Part shown: piece after piece, positions 34,137-44,597 of the stretch | How the letters are laid out: each line of letters opens with the position of its first letter | How positions within the stretch are numbered: the first letter of the stretch is position 1 | Source of the DNA: an uncultured Gemmatimonadales bacterium | GTDB taxonomy: Bacteria; Gemmatimonadota; Gemmatimonadetes; Longimicrobiales; Longimicrobiaceae | Direction: 5' to 3' | DNA length: 64,000 bases | Assembly: GCA_963716255.1 (NCBI GenBank) | Contig: OY970303.1 | Span: forward strand, 32,001 to 96,000 | The notes under the pieces: generated by a model | The model's database searches: none | Seen by the model: only the letters and a program-made list of their open reading frames with translations | Told to the model about the DNA's origin: nothing | Program-made: the position numbers and the translations under genes

Positions 34137-36299
34137 TCAGCCGACCGTCTGCACGGCCCTGTCGACCACCACGGCGGCACCGGAGTCGACGGAGGGATTC
34201 TGCGAGACCTCCGTGAACCGCGCGATGTAGCCGTTCAGCCGCTCCGACACGTCGCGCAGCGCGGAGGCGGCGCGCTCGATCTCGGCCAGCGACGCAGCCT
34301 GGGCGCGCGCATCGTCGGCGACGGCGCGGACACCGGCCCCGTTCCGCTCCGCCACCTCGGCCACCGCGCCGAACTCGTCGTGCAGCCCGGCGATCCCGGA
34401 CCGCTGCTCAGCAACCCGCTCGGCGATGCGCCCGGTGAGCCGCGCCGCGCCCTCGGCCGCGGCGACGATGCGCTCCACCGCCTCCAGCGCCACCCGCGAC
34501 AGGTCGCCCACGTCGGCAACGCGCTGCGCCCCCTGCTCCATGCGGCGCACCGTGGTCGCCACCTGCTCGCCGATGGCGCCGGCCATCTCCATGGCCTCCT
34601 GCGAGGCGCGGGCGCTGGAATCGGCCAGCTTGCGGACCTCGTCCGCGACCACGGCGAAGCCGCGCCCGTGCTCGCCGGCGCGCGCCGCCTCGATGGCCGC
34701 GTTCAGCGCCAGCAGGTTGGTCTGGTCGGCGAAGTCGCGGATCGCGCCCACCACGCTGGAGATGCGCTCCGACGCGCCGGCGAGCCGCCCGATCTCGGCC
34801 GACTCCACGTCCACGAAGTCGCGCAGCTCCACCAGCCGCCCCACCGCCTCGAAGATGGCGCCGCGGTTCTCGGCGGCGAGCCGTCCGGCGTCGCGGCTGC
34901 GCTCGGCCACCACGGAGGCGTCGTCCGCCATCTCGGCGGCGGCGGCCGCGAGCCGCGAGGTCAGCTCCAGGCCGGCCGCGGTGCGGTGCCCCTGCACCTC
35001 GATGCCGCCGCGGATCTCGGCGGCGTGCGCGGCCACCCGCTCGCCGCTCTCGCGCATCCCGGTGGCGGTGCCGCCCAGGGCGCGCAGCTGCGTCTCGATC
35101 TCGCCGGCGGCGTGGACCATGGGGCGCACCAGTGAGTCCAGCTGCAGCGCGAGCGCCACCTGCCGCCCGAAGCGCTCGATCAGCCGCAGCTCGGCGGCGC
35201 CGTAGGTGTGCGGGCGGTGGTGCGCGATCTCCAGCACCCCCGTCACCTCGCGGCCGTAGCGCAGCGGCTGCTCCACCACGGAGCGCAGCTCGCCTCCGCC
35301 GGGGAGGCGCGGGTCGCGCAGGGCGTCCTCCACCGCCAGGGCTTCCCCGGCGGCCAGGGCGGCGCGGCGAAGCCCCCGGGCGGCGTCCAGCGCGGCGGGG
35401 GGAGGCGTGGCGGGGTAGATGGGGACCAGCTCGTCGCCGGAGCGGGCATAGACGTGCAGCCAGCGCCACTCGATGAGGCGGCCGGCCAGCCGCTCGATGT
35501 CGCCCAGAGATTCGTGCAGGGGGACGCCGGCGGAGATCACCGTTTCCATCGCCATCACCTTGCGCAGCTCCTCCGAGGCGATGGCTTCCAGCACCAGCGC
35601 GCGGGCGAAGACCCCCGCCGCCCCGATGAACGCCAGGACGAAGAGCCACCCCAGGTGGTCGCCGTACAGGGCGAAGGCGGCGGCGACCGAGAGCATGGCC
35701 GCCGTGCCCAGCGCGGCGGCGATCACCTCGTGGCGGAAGAGCACCATCCACTCGCCCGGCTGGAGCTTGCCGCGGAAGGCGAGGGAGAAGTAGAAGAGCC
35801 CGCGGGAAAAGAGGAAGTAGGCGATCAGGTAGGCGACCAGCGCGGGGACGGCGTCCACCGACAGCTCGTAGCGGGTGCCGGGCGGCGCCACCGCGCGCTC
35901 CGCCGCCAGGAACACCCCGGCGGAGCCGCAGGCCACGAGCGCCTCGCGCCCGGCGTTGACCAGCCCGGGGACGGCGCCGCGCCGCCGCAGCAGGTCGCCC
36001 GCGGCGGTCCCCGCCCACGCCGCGGCCACGGCCACGACGGGAAAGCCGAGCACCGTGAGCGCCCCCACGGGGACCACCGTCATGGTGACGTACGCGTACT
36101 TGGAGAGCGGCACCGCCCACCAGCGCAGCGCAGCGACCGCCGCGGCGCCCGCGGCGGCGAGCCCCCAGCCGCGGGCGTCCGGCGGCGCGGCGGCGAGCGC
36201 GGCGAGGAGGACCAGCCCCCCCGCCCACGTCATCCCCCGCGCGAAGACCCGAAGCACGGCCGTGGCCGGCGGGGGGAGCGGCGCCTCAGCCGCCGCCAT
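34137..36299 (-). CDS. Methyl-accepting chemotaxis protein with a multi-TM sensor and a GAF domain
   Basis: About seven hydrophobic segments; GAF (VEQPL..G..GVL..Y...E.RL); [34 protein letters not shown]. Confidence 0.92.
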   Translation of the reverse strand: MAAAEAPLPPPATAVLRVFARGMTWAGGLVLLAALAAAPPDARGWGLAAAGAAAVAALRWWAVPLSKYAYVTMTVVPVGALTVLGFPVVAVAAAWAGTAAGDLLRRRGAVPGLVNAGREALVACGSAGVFLAAERAVAPPGTRYELSVDAVPALVAYLIAYFLFSRGLFYFSLAFRGKLQPGEWMVLFRHEVIAAALGTAAMLSVAAAFALYGDHLGWLFVLAFIGAAGVFARALVLEAIASEELRKVMAMETVISAGVPLHESLGDIERLAGRLIEWRWLHVYARSGDELVPIYPATPPPAALDAARGLRRAALAAGEALAVEDALRDPRLPGGGELRSVVEQPLRYGREVTGVLEIAHHRPHTYGAAELRLIERFGRQVALALQLDSLVRPMVHAAGEIETQLRALGGTATGMRESGERVAAHAAEIRGGIEVQGHRTAAGLELTSRLAAAAAEMADDASVVAERSRDAGRLAAENRGAIFEAVGRLVELRDFVDVESAEIGRLAGASERISSVVGAIRDFADQTNLLALNAAIEAARAGEHGRGFAVVADEVRKLADSSARASQEAMEMAGAIGEQVATTVRRMEQGAQRVADVGDLSRVALEAVERIVAAAEGAARLTGRIAERVAEQRSGIAGLHDEFGAVAEVAERNGAGVRAVADDARAQAASLAEIERAASALRDVSERLNGYIARFTEVSQNPSVDSGAAVVVDRAVQTVG

Positions 36300-37110
36300 C
36301 CCCGCCCCGCACCGTCGCTCGTCGCAGCGCCCGCACCAGCGGGCGGGCGCCCTCCACGCCCTCGCGGCCCAGCAGCTCCACCAGCGCGCTCCCCACCACC
36401 ACGCCGTCCGCGAGGCGCGCCACGGTCGCGGCCTGCTCCGGCGTGGAGATGCCGAAGCCCACCGCCACCGGGACCGGGGTCGCGGCACGCAGCTCGGCCA
36501 CCTCGGCCTCCAGCCCGGAGGCCAGCTCCTGCCGCGCGCCGGTGACGCCGGTGCGCGACACGTAGTACAGGAACCCGCGCGCCGCCGCGGCGATCTCGCG
36601 CACCCGCGCCGGGAGCGTGGTGGGCGCGACCAGCCGGATCAGGTCCAGCGGCGACTCCGCGAAGGCCGCTTCCAGCTCCGGGTCGGCGCCCACGGGGAGG
36701 TCGGTGAGGAGCACGCCCTGGGCGCCCGCCTCCGCCGCGTCGCGCAGGAAGGCGTCCACGCCGTACCGGAGCACCGGGTTCAGGTAGGTGAAGAGGATGA
36801 CCGTGGTTTCGTGCTCGCGGCGGAAGGCGCGCAGCGCCTCCAGCGTCCAGCGCAGGTCCACGCCCTGGCGGATGGCGTCGAAGGAGGAGCGCTGGATGGT
36901 GGGCCCGTCGGCCAGGGGGTCGCTGAAGGGAACCCCCAGCTCGATCACGTCGGCGCCCTCCTCGGCGAGCATGCGCAGCAGCGGCGCGGTGGCGTCCGGG
37001 GAGGGGTGGCCGGCGGTGACGTAGGGGATCAGCGCGGCCCGTCCCTCGGCCGCCGCGCGCTCGAACGCGCGCCCCAGCGTCGCCGCCTCAGACGAAGTAG
37101 TCGCCGACAT
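36286..37110 (-). CDS. trpA: Tryptophan synthase alpha chain
   Basis: [42 protein letters not shown]. Confidence 0.97.
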   Translation of the reverse strand: MSATTSSEAATLGRAFERAAAEGRAALIPYVTAGHPSPDATAPLLRMLAEEGADVIELGVPFSDPLADGPTIQRSSFDAIRQGVDLRWTLEALRAFRREHETTVILFTYLNPVLRYGVDAFLRDAAEAGAQGVLLTDLPVGADPELEAAFAESPLDLIRLVAPTTLPARVREIAAAARGFLYYVSRTGVTGARQELASGLEAEVAELRAATPVPVAVGFGISTPEQAATVARLADGVVVGSALVELLGREGVEGARPLVRALRRATVRGGDGGG

Positions 37111-38554
37111 GGATTCCGTACCGCTCCGGGTCCGTGGTCTTGATGATGGTGCGCCGCGGGGCGCCCGGCTCGGGGGCGAACAGGTCCACCTCCAGGGGCG
37201 GGTCCACCGGCTGCCCCATGGAATCGAAGATGATGCGGACGACGGGCTCGTTGAGCGCCTCCGGCCGGGGGTTGGGGGCCGTGACCACCGCCATCTCGTA
37301 GGTGTCCAGCACCACCACGCTCCCCACCGGGTAGATGCCGGTCATGGCGATGAACGCCTTGACCAGCAGCGGGTCCATCCCCCGGTGCGGGTTGTCGCGC
37401 AGCTCCCCCAGCGCCCGGTCGGGGAGCCAGGGCTGCTGGTAGCTCCGCTTGGTGGTGGCGGCGTCGAAGGCGTCGGCCACCGCCACGATGCGGGGGAAGA
37501 GGGTGGGGTCGCGGGGGCGCTTGACCGTGGGGTAGCCGGAAAGGTCCAGCTTCATGTGGTGCTCGTAGACGCTGAGCATGGGGCGCAGCGGGAGGTCCGC
37601 CAGCCCGCGCATGTCGAAGAGCGCCAGGAAGCCCTCGGTGGTGTGCTCGCGCATCAGCGCCAGCTCCTCGGGGGTCAGCGGGCCCGTCTTGTTGATCAGC
37701 TCCAGCGAGATGCGCACCTTGCCCACGTCGTGCATCAGCCCCCCGAAGCCCAGCTCGTACAGCTCGTGCTTCCCCAGCCCCAGCTTCTTGCCCAGCGCCA
37801 CGCTGAAGATGCAGACGTTGACGCAGTGGGTGAAGGTGTACTCGTCGTAGTCGCGGAGCGTGGTCATCCCCACGATGGAGGTCTCGTTGGTGAGGACCTG
37901 GTCCACGATGGACTGCACGGCCCGCTTCACCCCGCGCATGCTCACGCTGCGCCCGATGCGCACCGCGGCCATGGCCTCGCGCGCCACCGCCACCGTCTGC
38001 GCGTAGGTTCGCTTCGCCACCTCGCGCGCCTCGTCGGGGTCGCGCGGGTTGGCCTCGGTCTCCACCTCGGGCACCGCCACGATGGCGCGGACCGAGGTGC
38101 GCCCCAGCCGCTCCGCGAAGCGGGCGAAGGGGTCTTCCGCGTCCGGCTCGGCCAGCAGCAGCGACAGGAAGGCGGTCCAGTCGGCCACCCCGGCCGCGGG
38201 GCCCACGTCCAGCTGCCCCACGCCGTGCGCCCGCAGCGTCCGCCCCACCGCGCTGAAGGTGGCGAAGCTCCCCAGGTCGATCCGCATGCGCAGGTCGTTG
38301 AGGAAGACGAAGTCGCCCACGTAGCGCAGCGACACGGAGCCCTCGGTGGCGACCACCTGCTTCACCGCGGCGTCCAGCTCGGCCAGGGCGTTCTGGACCG
38401 TCTGGTTCTCCAGCGGATACATCTTGAGCACGCGCAGCGAGGCGTACAGCGCGAAGAGCAGCTCGCGGCCGGCGCGCTGCAGCCCGCGCTCGTCGGCGGG
38501 GGCGGGCTCGCCGCCCTGCGGGGCGTCGGCGGGGAGGAGGCCGGGGGTGCTCAC
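37088..38554 (-). CDS. HD-GYP domain phosphodiesterase
   Basis: DEYTFTH, HDVGK, HHMKLDLSGYP, VADAFDA. Confidence 0.9.
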   Translation of the reverse strand: MSTPGLLPADAPQGGEPAPADERGLQRAGRELLFALYASLRVLKMYPLENQTVQNALAELDAAVKQVVATEGSVSLRYVGDFVFLNDLRMRIDLGSFATFSAVGRTLRAHGVGQLDVGPAAGVADWTAFLSLLLAEPDAEDPFARFAERLGRTSVRAIVAVPEVETEANPRDPDEAREVAKRTYAQTVAVAREAMAAVRIGRSVSMRGVKRAVQSIVDQVLTNETSIVGMTTLRDYDEYTFTHCVNVCIFSVALGKKLGLGKHELYELGFGGLMHDVGKVRISLELINKTGPLTPEELALMREHTTEGFLALFDMRGLADLPLRPMLSVYEHHMKLDLSGYPTVKRPRDPTLFPRIVAVADAFDAATTKRSYQQPWLPDRALGELRDNPHRGMDPLLVKAFIAMTGIYPVGSVVVLDTYEMAVVTAPNPRPEALNEPVVRIIFDSMGQPVDPPLEVDLFAPEPGAPRRTIIKTTDPERYGIHVGDYFV

Positions 38555-40230
38555 GCGTCGATCCCGCGCAGGGCGCGGCCCACGGCGCTGCGGACCACCG
38601 GGTCGGCGTCGGCGGAGGCGCCGGCGAGGGACCGGCGGGCCGCGGGGAGGCCAGAGCGGGCGAGTCCCAGCGCCGCGCAGGCCCGCATCTCGGGCGTTTC
38701 CCTGCGGCCCAGCCAGCTCTTGCCGTTGAGCATGCGGTCCAGCAGCGCCACCCCCTCCTCCCCGGCGACGGAACCGAACGCCTCGAAGAAGGCGATGCGC
38801 TCGGTGAGGTCGGCCTCGCGGAGCCGCCTGGAATCGAGCGCCGCCTCCAGCACCGGACGCGCGGGCGTGTAGCGGAGCGCGGCGAGCGCGCGCGCCGCGG
38901 CGATGCGCACCTCGCGCTCGGCGTCTTCCAGGGCGCCCTGGAGCGCGTGCGCCGCCACCGGGCTGCGCAGCGCCAGCAGCGTTTCCACCGCCACCAGGCG
39001 CAGCGGGAGCTCCGGGCGGGCGAGCTGGCGCGCCACCTCCGGCCCCGCCGTGGCGAAGCCGCGCCGCCCCGCGAGGCGCGCGGCCCCGGCCGCGATGCGC
39101 GGGTCCTCGTGCGCCAGCAGCGGCAGCAGCCGCTCGCCCTCCCTGCCGGCCAGGCGCTCCGCGGCCTCCAGCACCGCCGCGCGCACTCCCTCCACCGGCG
39201 TCGCCTCGGCGGCGCGCAGCAGCGAGGGAAGGGCGTCCGGCGGGAAGAAGGAAAGGAGCGCGCCCAGCCCGGCGAGCGCATCGGCGCCGGGGGCCTCCTC
39301 CACCGTGCGGATCAGCTCGTCTACCGTTTCCCCCTGCGACAGCCGCTCGAACAGGGCGCGGACGGCGCGCAGAACCGCCGGGGAAAGGGCCCCTGGGCGG
39401 GTGGCGATCCCCACCAGCTCGCGCAGCAGCGACGCGGCGAGCGGCAGGTTTCCGGAGCCCAGCAGCGTGGGGAGGAGGTCGGCGAGGATGCGGACGATCT
39501 GCTCCTGCCGCACGGGGGCGCCGTCCTCCAGCCGGTCGAAGAGGCCGGACAGCACGTCGCCCCACAGGTCGCGCTCCTGCTCGCGGCGCACCTCGGCCTC
39601 CAGGCGGCGCAGGTCGGCCTCGTCCAAAAAGTACAGCGCCTCGCGGAAGTCCTCGCGGCTCACGGTGGAGACCAGCGTGGACTCCTCCTCGCGCGGCGGG
39701 GGGATGGGCTTCGGGGGCGTCCCGCTCCCGGCGGGGAGCGCGACGCCCTCGGGGAGCGCTTCCACGTAGCGGTAGCGCAGGTGCTGCCAGTCGCGGTCCC
39801 AGAGCAGGGTGAGGAGGTCGTCCTCGTCCGCCTTGAGGCGCTGCACCCGCACCAGGATCTCCAGGAACATCCCCAGCTCCTCCTCCTCGAAGCCGGGGAG
39901 GAAGACCAGCTCGCGCACGCCGTCGCGGTACAGCAGGAAGGCGAAGTCCTCGGAGCGGGTCTCGCCGCGGTACACCGGCTCCCCCTCCCACCCCACCTCG
40001 TTCTCCTCCACGTGCAGCGCGAGGCGCGGGAGCCGGTCCCACAGCCCGGCCATACGGGTGCGCACCGCGTCCACGAAGCGGTCCACCGCCGGGTTGTTGC
40101 CGTCGTAGAGGAGGTGCACGCGCAGCGAGCGCCCCAGGTCGCGCACCAGCTCCTGGACGGCCTCCCGCTCGGCGGGGGACGGACCGCTCGGCTCGCCCTG
40201 GGCGTCCATCCGCGGGGCCGGTGCGCTCAT
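38551..40230 (-). CDS. HEAT-repeat protein
   Basis: Repeats LAHEDPRI, LEDAEREVRIAAARAL and DADPVVRSAV. Confidence 0.88.
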   Translation of the reverse strand: MSAPAPRMDAQGEPSGPSPAEREAVQELVRDLGRSLRVHLLYDGNNPAVDRFVDAVRTRMAGLWDRLPRLALHVEENEVGWEGEPVYRGETRSEDFAFLLYRDGVRELVFLPGFEEEELGMFLEILVRVQRLKADEDDLLTLLWDRDWQHLRYRYVEALPEGVALPAGSGTPPKPIPPPREEESTLVSTVSREDFREALYFLDEADLRRLEAEVRREQERDLWGDVLSGLFDRLEDGAPVRQEQIVRILADLLPTLLGSGNLPLAASLLRELVGIATRPGALSPAVLRAVRALFERLSQGETVDELIRTVEEAPGADALAGLGALLSFFPPDALPSLLRAAEATPVEGVRAAVLEAAERLAGREGERLLPLLAHEDPRIAAGAARLAGRRGFATAGPEVARQLARPELPLRLVAVETLLALRSPVAAHALQGALEDAEREVRIAAARALAALRYTPARPVLEAALDSRRLREADLTERIAFFEAFGSVAGEEGVALLDRMLNGKSWLGRRETPEMRACAALGLARSGLPAARRSLAGASADADPVVRSAVGRALRGIDA

Positions 40231-40240
40231 GGGGTGCGGC

Positions 40241-41455
40241 TCAGGCCCGGCCGGCGGAAAGCTCGGCCACCTGCGCGACGTCCTTGTCGCCGCGGCCGCT
40301 GAGGCACACCACCACCGGCCCGGAGTCGGCCCAGCGGGCACCGTCGCGCAGGAGATGGGCGATGGCGTGCGCCGTTTCCAGCGCGGGGATGATCCCCTCC
40401 AGCCGGGCCAGCCGCTCGAAGGCTTCCAGCGCCTCGGCGTCGGTGACGGACACGTACATGGCGCGGCCGGAGTCCTTGAGGTGCGAGTGCTCCGGCCCCA
40501 CGCCGGGGTAGTCCAGCCCGGCGGAGACCGAGTGCGCCTCGGTCACCTGCCCGGCCTCGTCCTGGAGCAGGTACGAGCGGCTCCCCTGGAAGACGCCGGG
40601 GCTCCCCTGGGTCAGGGTGGCGGCGTGGCGTCCGGTGTGCACCCCCTCCCCCGCCGCCTCCACCCCCACCAGCTCCACCTCCGCGTCCGCCACGAACGGG
40701 GCGAACATCCCGATGGCGTTGGAGCCCCCGCCCACGCAGGCGATCACCGCCGCGGGGAGGCGCCCCTCCACCTCCAGGACCTGCGCGCGGCTCTCGCGGC
40801 CGATGACCGACTGGAAGTCGCGCACCATGCGCGGAAACGGGTCGGGGCCCACGGCGGAGCCCAGCACGTAGTGCGTGTCGCGGACGTTGGCGACCCAGTC
40901 GCGCATGGCCTCGTTGCCGGCGTCCTTGAGGGTGCGTGTGCCGCTGCCGACGGGCCGCACCTCGGCGCCCAGCAGCCGCATGCGGTAGACGTTGAGCGCC
41001 TGCCGGCGGATGTCCTCCTCGCCCATGTAGACGATGCAGGGGAGCCCGAAGAGCGCGCAGGCGGTTGCGGTGGCGACGCCGTGCTGCCCCGCCCCGGTCT
41101 CGGCGATGATGCGCTGCTTCCCCATGCGCCGGGCGAGGAGCACCTGGCCCAGGGAGTTGTTGATCTTGTGCGCGCCGGTGTGGTTCAGGTCCTCGCGCTT
41201 CAGGTACACGGTCCCCACGCCCGCGGCCTCGCCCAGCCGCCGCGCCCGGTACAGCGGGGTGGGCCGGCCCACGTAGTCGCGCCAGAGCGCGTCCAGCTCC
41301 GCCCAGAACGCCGGGTCCGCCGAAGCCTGGGCGTAGGTGGCCGCCAGCTCGTCCAGCGCGGTGACGAGTGTCTCGGGGACGAAGCGCCCCCCGAACTTGC
41401 CGAAGCGGCCCGACACGTCGCCGGGGCTCGCCGCCGATGCTGCGGTGGAGGACAT
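40241..41455 (-). CDS. trpB: Tryptophan synthase beta chain
   Basis: [47 protein letters not shown]. Confidence 0.98.
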   Translation of the reverse strand: MSSTAASAASPGDVSGRFGKFGGRFVPETLVTALDELAATYAQASADPAFWAELDALWRDYVGRPTPLYRARRLGEAAGVGTVYLKREDLNHTGAHKINNSLGQVLLARRMGKQRIIAETGAGQHGVATATACALFGLPCIVYMGEEDIRRQALNVYRMRLLGAEVRPVGSGTRTLKDAGNEAMRDWVANVRDTHYVLGSAVGPDPFPRMVRDFQSVIGRESRAQVLEVEGRLPAAVIACVGGGSNAIGMFAPFVADAEVELVGVEAAGEGVHTGRHAATLTQGSPGVFQGSRSYLLQDEAGQVTEAHSVSAGLDYPGVGPEHSHLKDSGRAMYVSVTDAEALEAFERLARLEGIIPALETAHAIAHLLRDGARWADSGPVVVCLSGRGDKDVAQVAELSAGRA

Positions 41456-42127
41456 CTATGCCGTTTCCTGCTGGTCGTTCTGCGGCGCGCGGAGCGCGGC
41501 CGCGAAGGTACGGATCGCCGAGGGGTCCTTGATCCCGGGGGCGGACTCCACCCCGGAGCTCACGTCCACCACGTCGGGACGGAGGAGCGCGACCGCGCGG
41601 GCCACGTTGTCGGCCCGCATCCCGCCCGCCACCACCAGCGCCAGCCCGGCGGGGATCTCGCCGCGCACCGCGGCCACCTCCTCCCAGGGAAAGGCGGTGC
41701 CGGTGCCGCCGTGCGCCCTCGCCGAGAAGCCGTCCAGCAGCAGAGCATCGGCCACGCCGGCATAGCGCTCCACCCCGGCGCGCAGCTCCGCCGCGCCGCG
41801 GGGCCGCAGCGCCTTCCACACGGTCCAGCGGCCCTCCTCCCTGAGCTCGCGGAGCAGATCCGGGGGCTCGTCGCCGTGGAGCTGGAGCACGTGCAGCCCG
41901 GCCGCCTCCGCCGCCCGCCGCAGCTCGCCGCCGGCGGCGTCCACGAACACGCCCACGCGGCGCGCCGGGAGCCCGGCGAGGAGCGTGCCCGCGTCTTCCG
42001 CGGCGACGGTGCGCTTCCCCCCGGGGGCGAGCACCACCCCCAGGAACGCGGCGCCCGCCCCGGAGGCCGCCTCGGCGTCCGCGCGGCGGGTGATGCCGCA
42101 CACCTTGAGGGCGGGCGCGCCGCTCAC
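41456..42127 (-). CDS. trpF: Phosphoribosylanthranilate isomerase
   Basis: KVCGIT, VGVFV, QLHGDE, GGTG, DVSSGVE..PGIKD. Confidence 0.95.
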   Translation of the reverse strand: MSGAPALKVCGITRRADAEAASGAGAAFLGVVLAPGGKRTVAAEDAGTLLAGLPARRVGVFVDAAGGELRRAAEAAGLHVLQLHGDEPPDLLRELREEGRWTVWKALRPRGAAELRAGVERYAGVADALLLDGFSARAHGGTGTAFPWEEVAAVRGEIPAGLALVVAGGMRADNVARAVALLRPDVVDVSSGVESAPGIKDPSAIRTFAAALRAPQNDQQETA

Positions 42128-42921
42128 GGGCGGGCGGCGGGGTCGCGGGGGCGCCCGGCCAGGGCGGCGGCGGCGGCCCGCAGGTCGTCCTGCCGCATCA
42201 GCGACTCGCCCACCAGCACCGCGTCCACGCCGGCGGCGCCCAGCCGGTCCACGTCCGCGGCGGTGCGGATGCCGCTCTCGGCGACCAGCGTCACCGCGCC
42301 GGGGACGGACCCTGCGAGCCGGACCGAGAGGCCGAGGTCGGTGGTGAAGCTCGCCAGGTCGCGGTTGTTGACGCCCACCAGCCGCGCCCCGGCGGCGAGC
42401 GCGCGCTCCAGCTCCCCGGCGTCGTGCACCTCCACCAGCGCGTCCATTCCCTCCTCCGCCGCGAGCCCCAGCAGCTCGGCGAGGCGCGCGTCGTCCAGGA
42501 TGCGCGCGATGAGCAGGACGGCGTCCGCGCCTGCGGCGCGCGCCTCCCACAGCTGCACCGGGTCGATGAGGAAGTCCTTGCGGATGGCCGGGAGCCCCAC
42601 CTCCGCGCGGACGCGGCGAAGCGCGTCCAGGTCGCCCCCGAAGAATTCGCGGTCGGTGAGCACCGAGACCGCGGCCGCCCCGCCGCTCTCGTACGCGCGG
42701 GCGACCTCCACCGGATTCGCGCCGGGCCGGATCTCCCCGGCGGAGGGGGAGCGGCGCTTGACCTCGGCGAGGAGGCGGACCTCCCCGGGACGGCGGAGCG
42801 CCGCCGCGAAGCCGCGGGCGGGCGGCGCGTCGGCGGCGAGGGCGCGAAGCTCCGCGCGCCGCGGAGCAAGGTCCGCGACCTCGCCCCGCTTGGTGTCCAC
42901 GATGCGCTGCAGGATGCTCAA
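42124..42921 (-). CDS. trpC: Indole-3-glycerol phosphate synthase
   Basis: AEVKRRSPS, SVLTD, RKDF, GVNNRDL, AESGI, LVGESL; TTG start inferred. Confidence 0.96.
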   Translation of the reverse strand: MSILQRIVDTKRGEVADLAPRRAELRALAADAPPARGFAAALRRPGEVRLLAEVKRRSPSAGEIRPGANPVEVARAYESGGAAAVSVLTDREFFGGDLDALRRVRAEVGLPAIRKDFLIDPVQLWEARAAGADAVLLIARILDDARLAELLGLAAEEGMDALVEVHDAGELERALAAGARLVGVNNRDLASFTTDLGLSVRLAGSVPGAVTLVAESGIRTAADVDRLGAAGVDAVLVGESLMRQDDLRAAAAALAGRPRDPAARP

Positions 42922-43023
42922 GAACTCTTCAAAAGGGCGCCGCGGCGCGCTCGCGCGGAACACCGGAAAAGGGGCCCGCGGGCGCCGTTTTCGACCGGGA
43001 GGAAGGCCTTCCGCACGAGCGGC

Positions 43024-43072
43024 TTGCGCTTCGGGTTACGTTCGGGTATAATTCTATTCGGTGATTCTTCGG
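43024..43072 (+). promoter_or_regulatory. lexA promoter with two TTCGG-N6-TTCGG direct repeats (candidate SOS boxes)
   Basis: TTGCGC-17-TATAAT; TTCGG at 43030, 43041, 43057 and 43068. Confidence 0.75.
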
Positions 43073-43105
43073 ATCGCAATTGGTCCACTTCCCCGGAGCC
43101 CTCGA

Positions 43106-43714
43106 ATGGCACTCACCAAGCGTCAGCGGCAGATCCTGGACTACGTCCAAAGCTTCATCGAGGCGTACGGGTACTCGCCCAGCTTCGAGGAGATCGCGGA
43201 GCACTTCGGCTACTCCTCCCTTGCGACGGTGCACGAGCATCTGTCTAATCTGGAGCAAAAGGGCTTCCTGCGGAAGAACTACAACAAGAGCCGCTCCCTG
43301 GAGGTCGTGCCGGCCGAGATGGGCACGCTCGCCGTTGAGCTTCCCCTCCTGGGCTCGGTCGCCGCGGGCCTGCCCATCGAGGCGCTCCGCGACAACGAGG
43401 ACACCGTCGCGGTGCCGCACGACATGGTTCCCAAGGGGAACAACTACGTGCTGCGGGTCAAGGGAAGCTCCATGGTGGACGAGCAGATCCGCGACGGGGA
43501 CTACATCATCGTCAACTCCCGCGTCACCGCGGACAACGGCGAGATGGTGGTGGCGCTGGTGGGCGGCGAGTCGGCCACGGTGAAGAAGTTCTACCGCGAG
43601 CGCGACGGCCGCATCCGCCTGCAGCCGGCCAACCCCACCATGCAGCCCATGTACTTCCAGCCGGACGAGGTCCAGATCCAGGGGATCGTCGTCGGCGTGA
43701 TCCGCAAGTACTGA
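43106..43714 (+). CDS. lexA: SOS repressor LexA
   Basis: LTKRQ..IL, PSFEEIA, VAAGLP (Ala-Gly cleavage site), GSSM (catalytic Ser), TVKK (catalytic Lys). Confidence 0.97.
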   Translation: MALTKRQRQILDYVQSFIEAYGYSPSFEEIAEHFGYSSLATVHEHLSNLEQKGFLRKNYNKSRSLEVVPAEMGTLAVELPLLGSVAAGLPIEALRDNEDTVAVPHDMVPKGNNYVLRVKGSSMVDEQIRDGDYIIVNSRVTADNGEMVVALVGGESATVKKFYRERDGRIRLQPANPTMQPMYFQPDEVQIQGIVVGVIRKY

Positions 43715-44002
43715 CCGGCATTCCGCCCGGCGCCGCGCAACCTGCGGCGCCCGGTCCCCTTCCGCGCGCCCCCGGGCGCGGCGACCTACAGCAGGAGGCG
43801 AGCCATGCAGGGAGTCGAGCCGGTGCCGTTCGTGGTGGGGCGCATCGCCCGCGACGGCAAGAGGATGATGGTGCTGGAGGCCGCCACGCCCGCGCCGTTC
43901 CCGGGGCCCTGGGACCTGCGCGCGGTGTTCGCTCCCGGGACCGGGTCTGCTTCGTCACCTGGCATCAGGCGCGCCATCTAGTTTTTGCGTGTCGGGCGGA
44001 GG

Positions 44003-44163
44003 CGGCGGGCCGCTCCGGAGCCCGGACGATACTGCCGTCCGGTCTCCTACGCGGGCTCGGCGAGCCCCGGGAAACGGCCCCCGGGTCTCACCTCGCCGGA
44101 GTGAGCCTCGCCAAACTGCCGGCGAGTCTCCCTCCGTACATGATTTTGTGGGTACGGCAACGG
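44003..44163 (-). repeat. Intergenic repeat family A, copy 3
   Basis: Reverse complement of the tri-hairpin unit. Confidence 0.88.
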
Positions 44164-44189
44164 CTTCGTTCGCCGCGCACCCGAAAGCA

Positions 44190-44222
44190 GAAGCCCCTCC
44201 CGGGATCCCGGAGGGGCTTTCG
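44190..44222. terminator. Terminator-like hairpin
   Basis: AAGCCCCTCC...GGAGGGGCTT. Confidence 0.55.
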
Positions 44223-44326
44223 TGCGTGCGTCGGGTCCGTGCTTGGTACCCCGCTTTTACGGAATCCGTGTAGGTCGAGGTTCTTGGGCGTCGGCGAGGG
44301 GCTGAAGGCAGGCATACCGAGCAGGT

Positions 44327-44372
44327 CCTCCCCCTCTCCCCTCGTGGGAGAGGGGGCCGGGGGTGAGGGGGC
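44327..44372 (+). repeat. REP-like palindrome, family C
   Basis: CCCCTCTCCC..GGGAGAGGGG..GGGGTGAGGGG. Confidence 0.75.
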
Positions 44373-44401
44373 CCACCCCTGCGGACGCCAGCGCGGGCCC
44401 C

Positions 44402-44533
44402 GCGTGAGGGATTTCGGCCCGAAGGGGCGAGACCGCGCGGCTGTTTGCGCGGGCTCGACTCCGTTACGCACGGTCGTTTCGTGCGTTACGGAGCCGAAGC
44501 CCGACCCCGGCGCCAGCCGGGGGCACGCCCGAA
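44402..44533 (-). repeat. Intergenic repeat family B, copy 3
   Basis: Reverse complement of 23905-24036. Confidence 0.9.
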
Positions 44534-44597
44534 CCCCGCCGTCCAGCCCGCCTCAACCGGATCCGGATCACACCTCAGAGCAGTTCCGGCGCACGAG

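Noticed and set aside
43786..43977. Small 63-aa ORF convergent with lexA
   Set aside because: No recognisable motif or clear RBS, so it cannot be supported as a gene.
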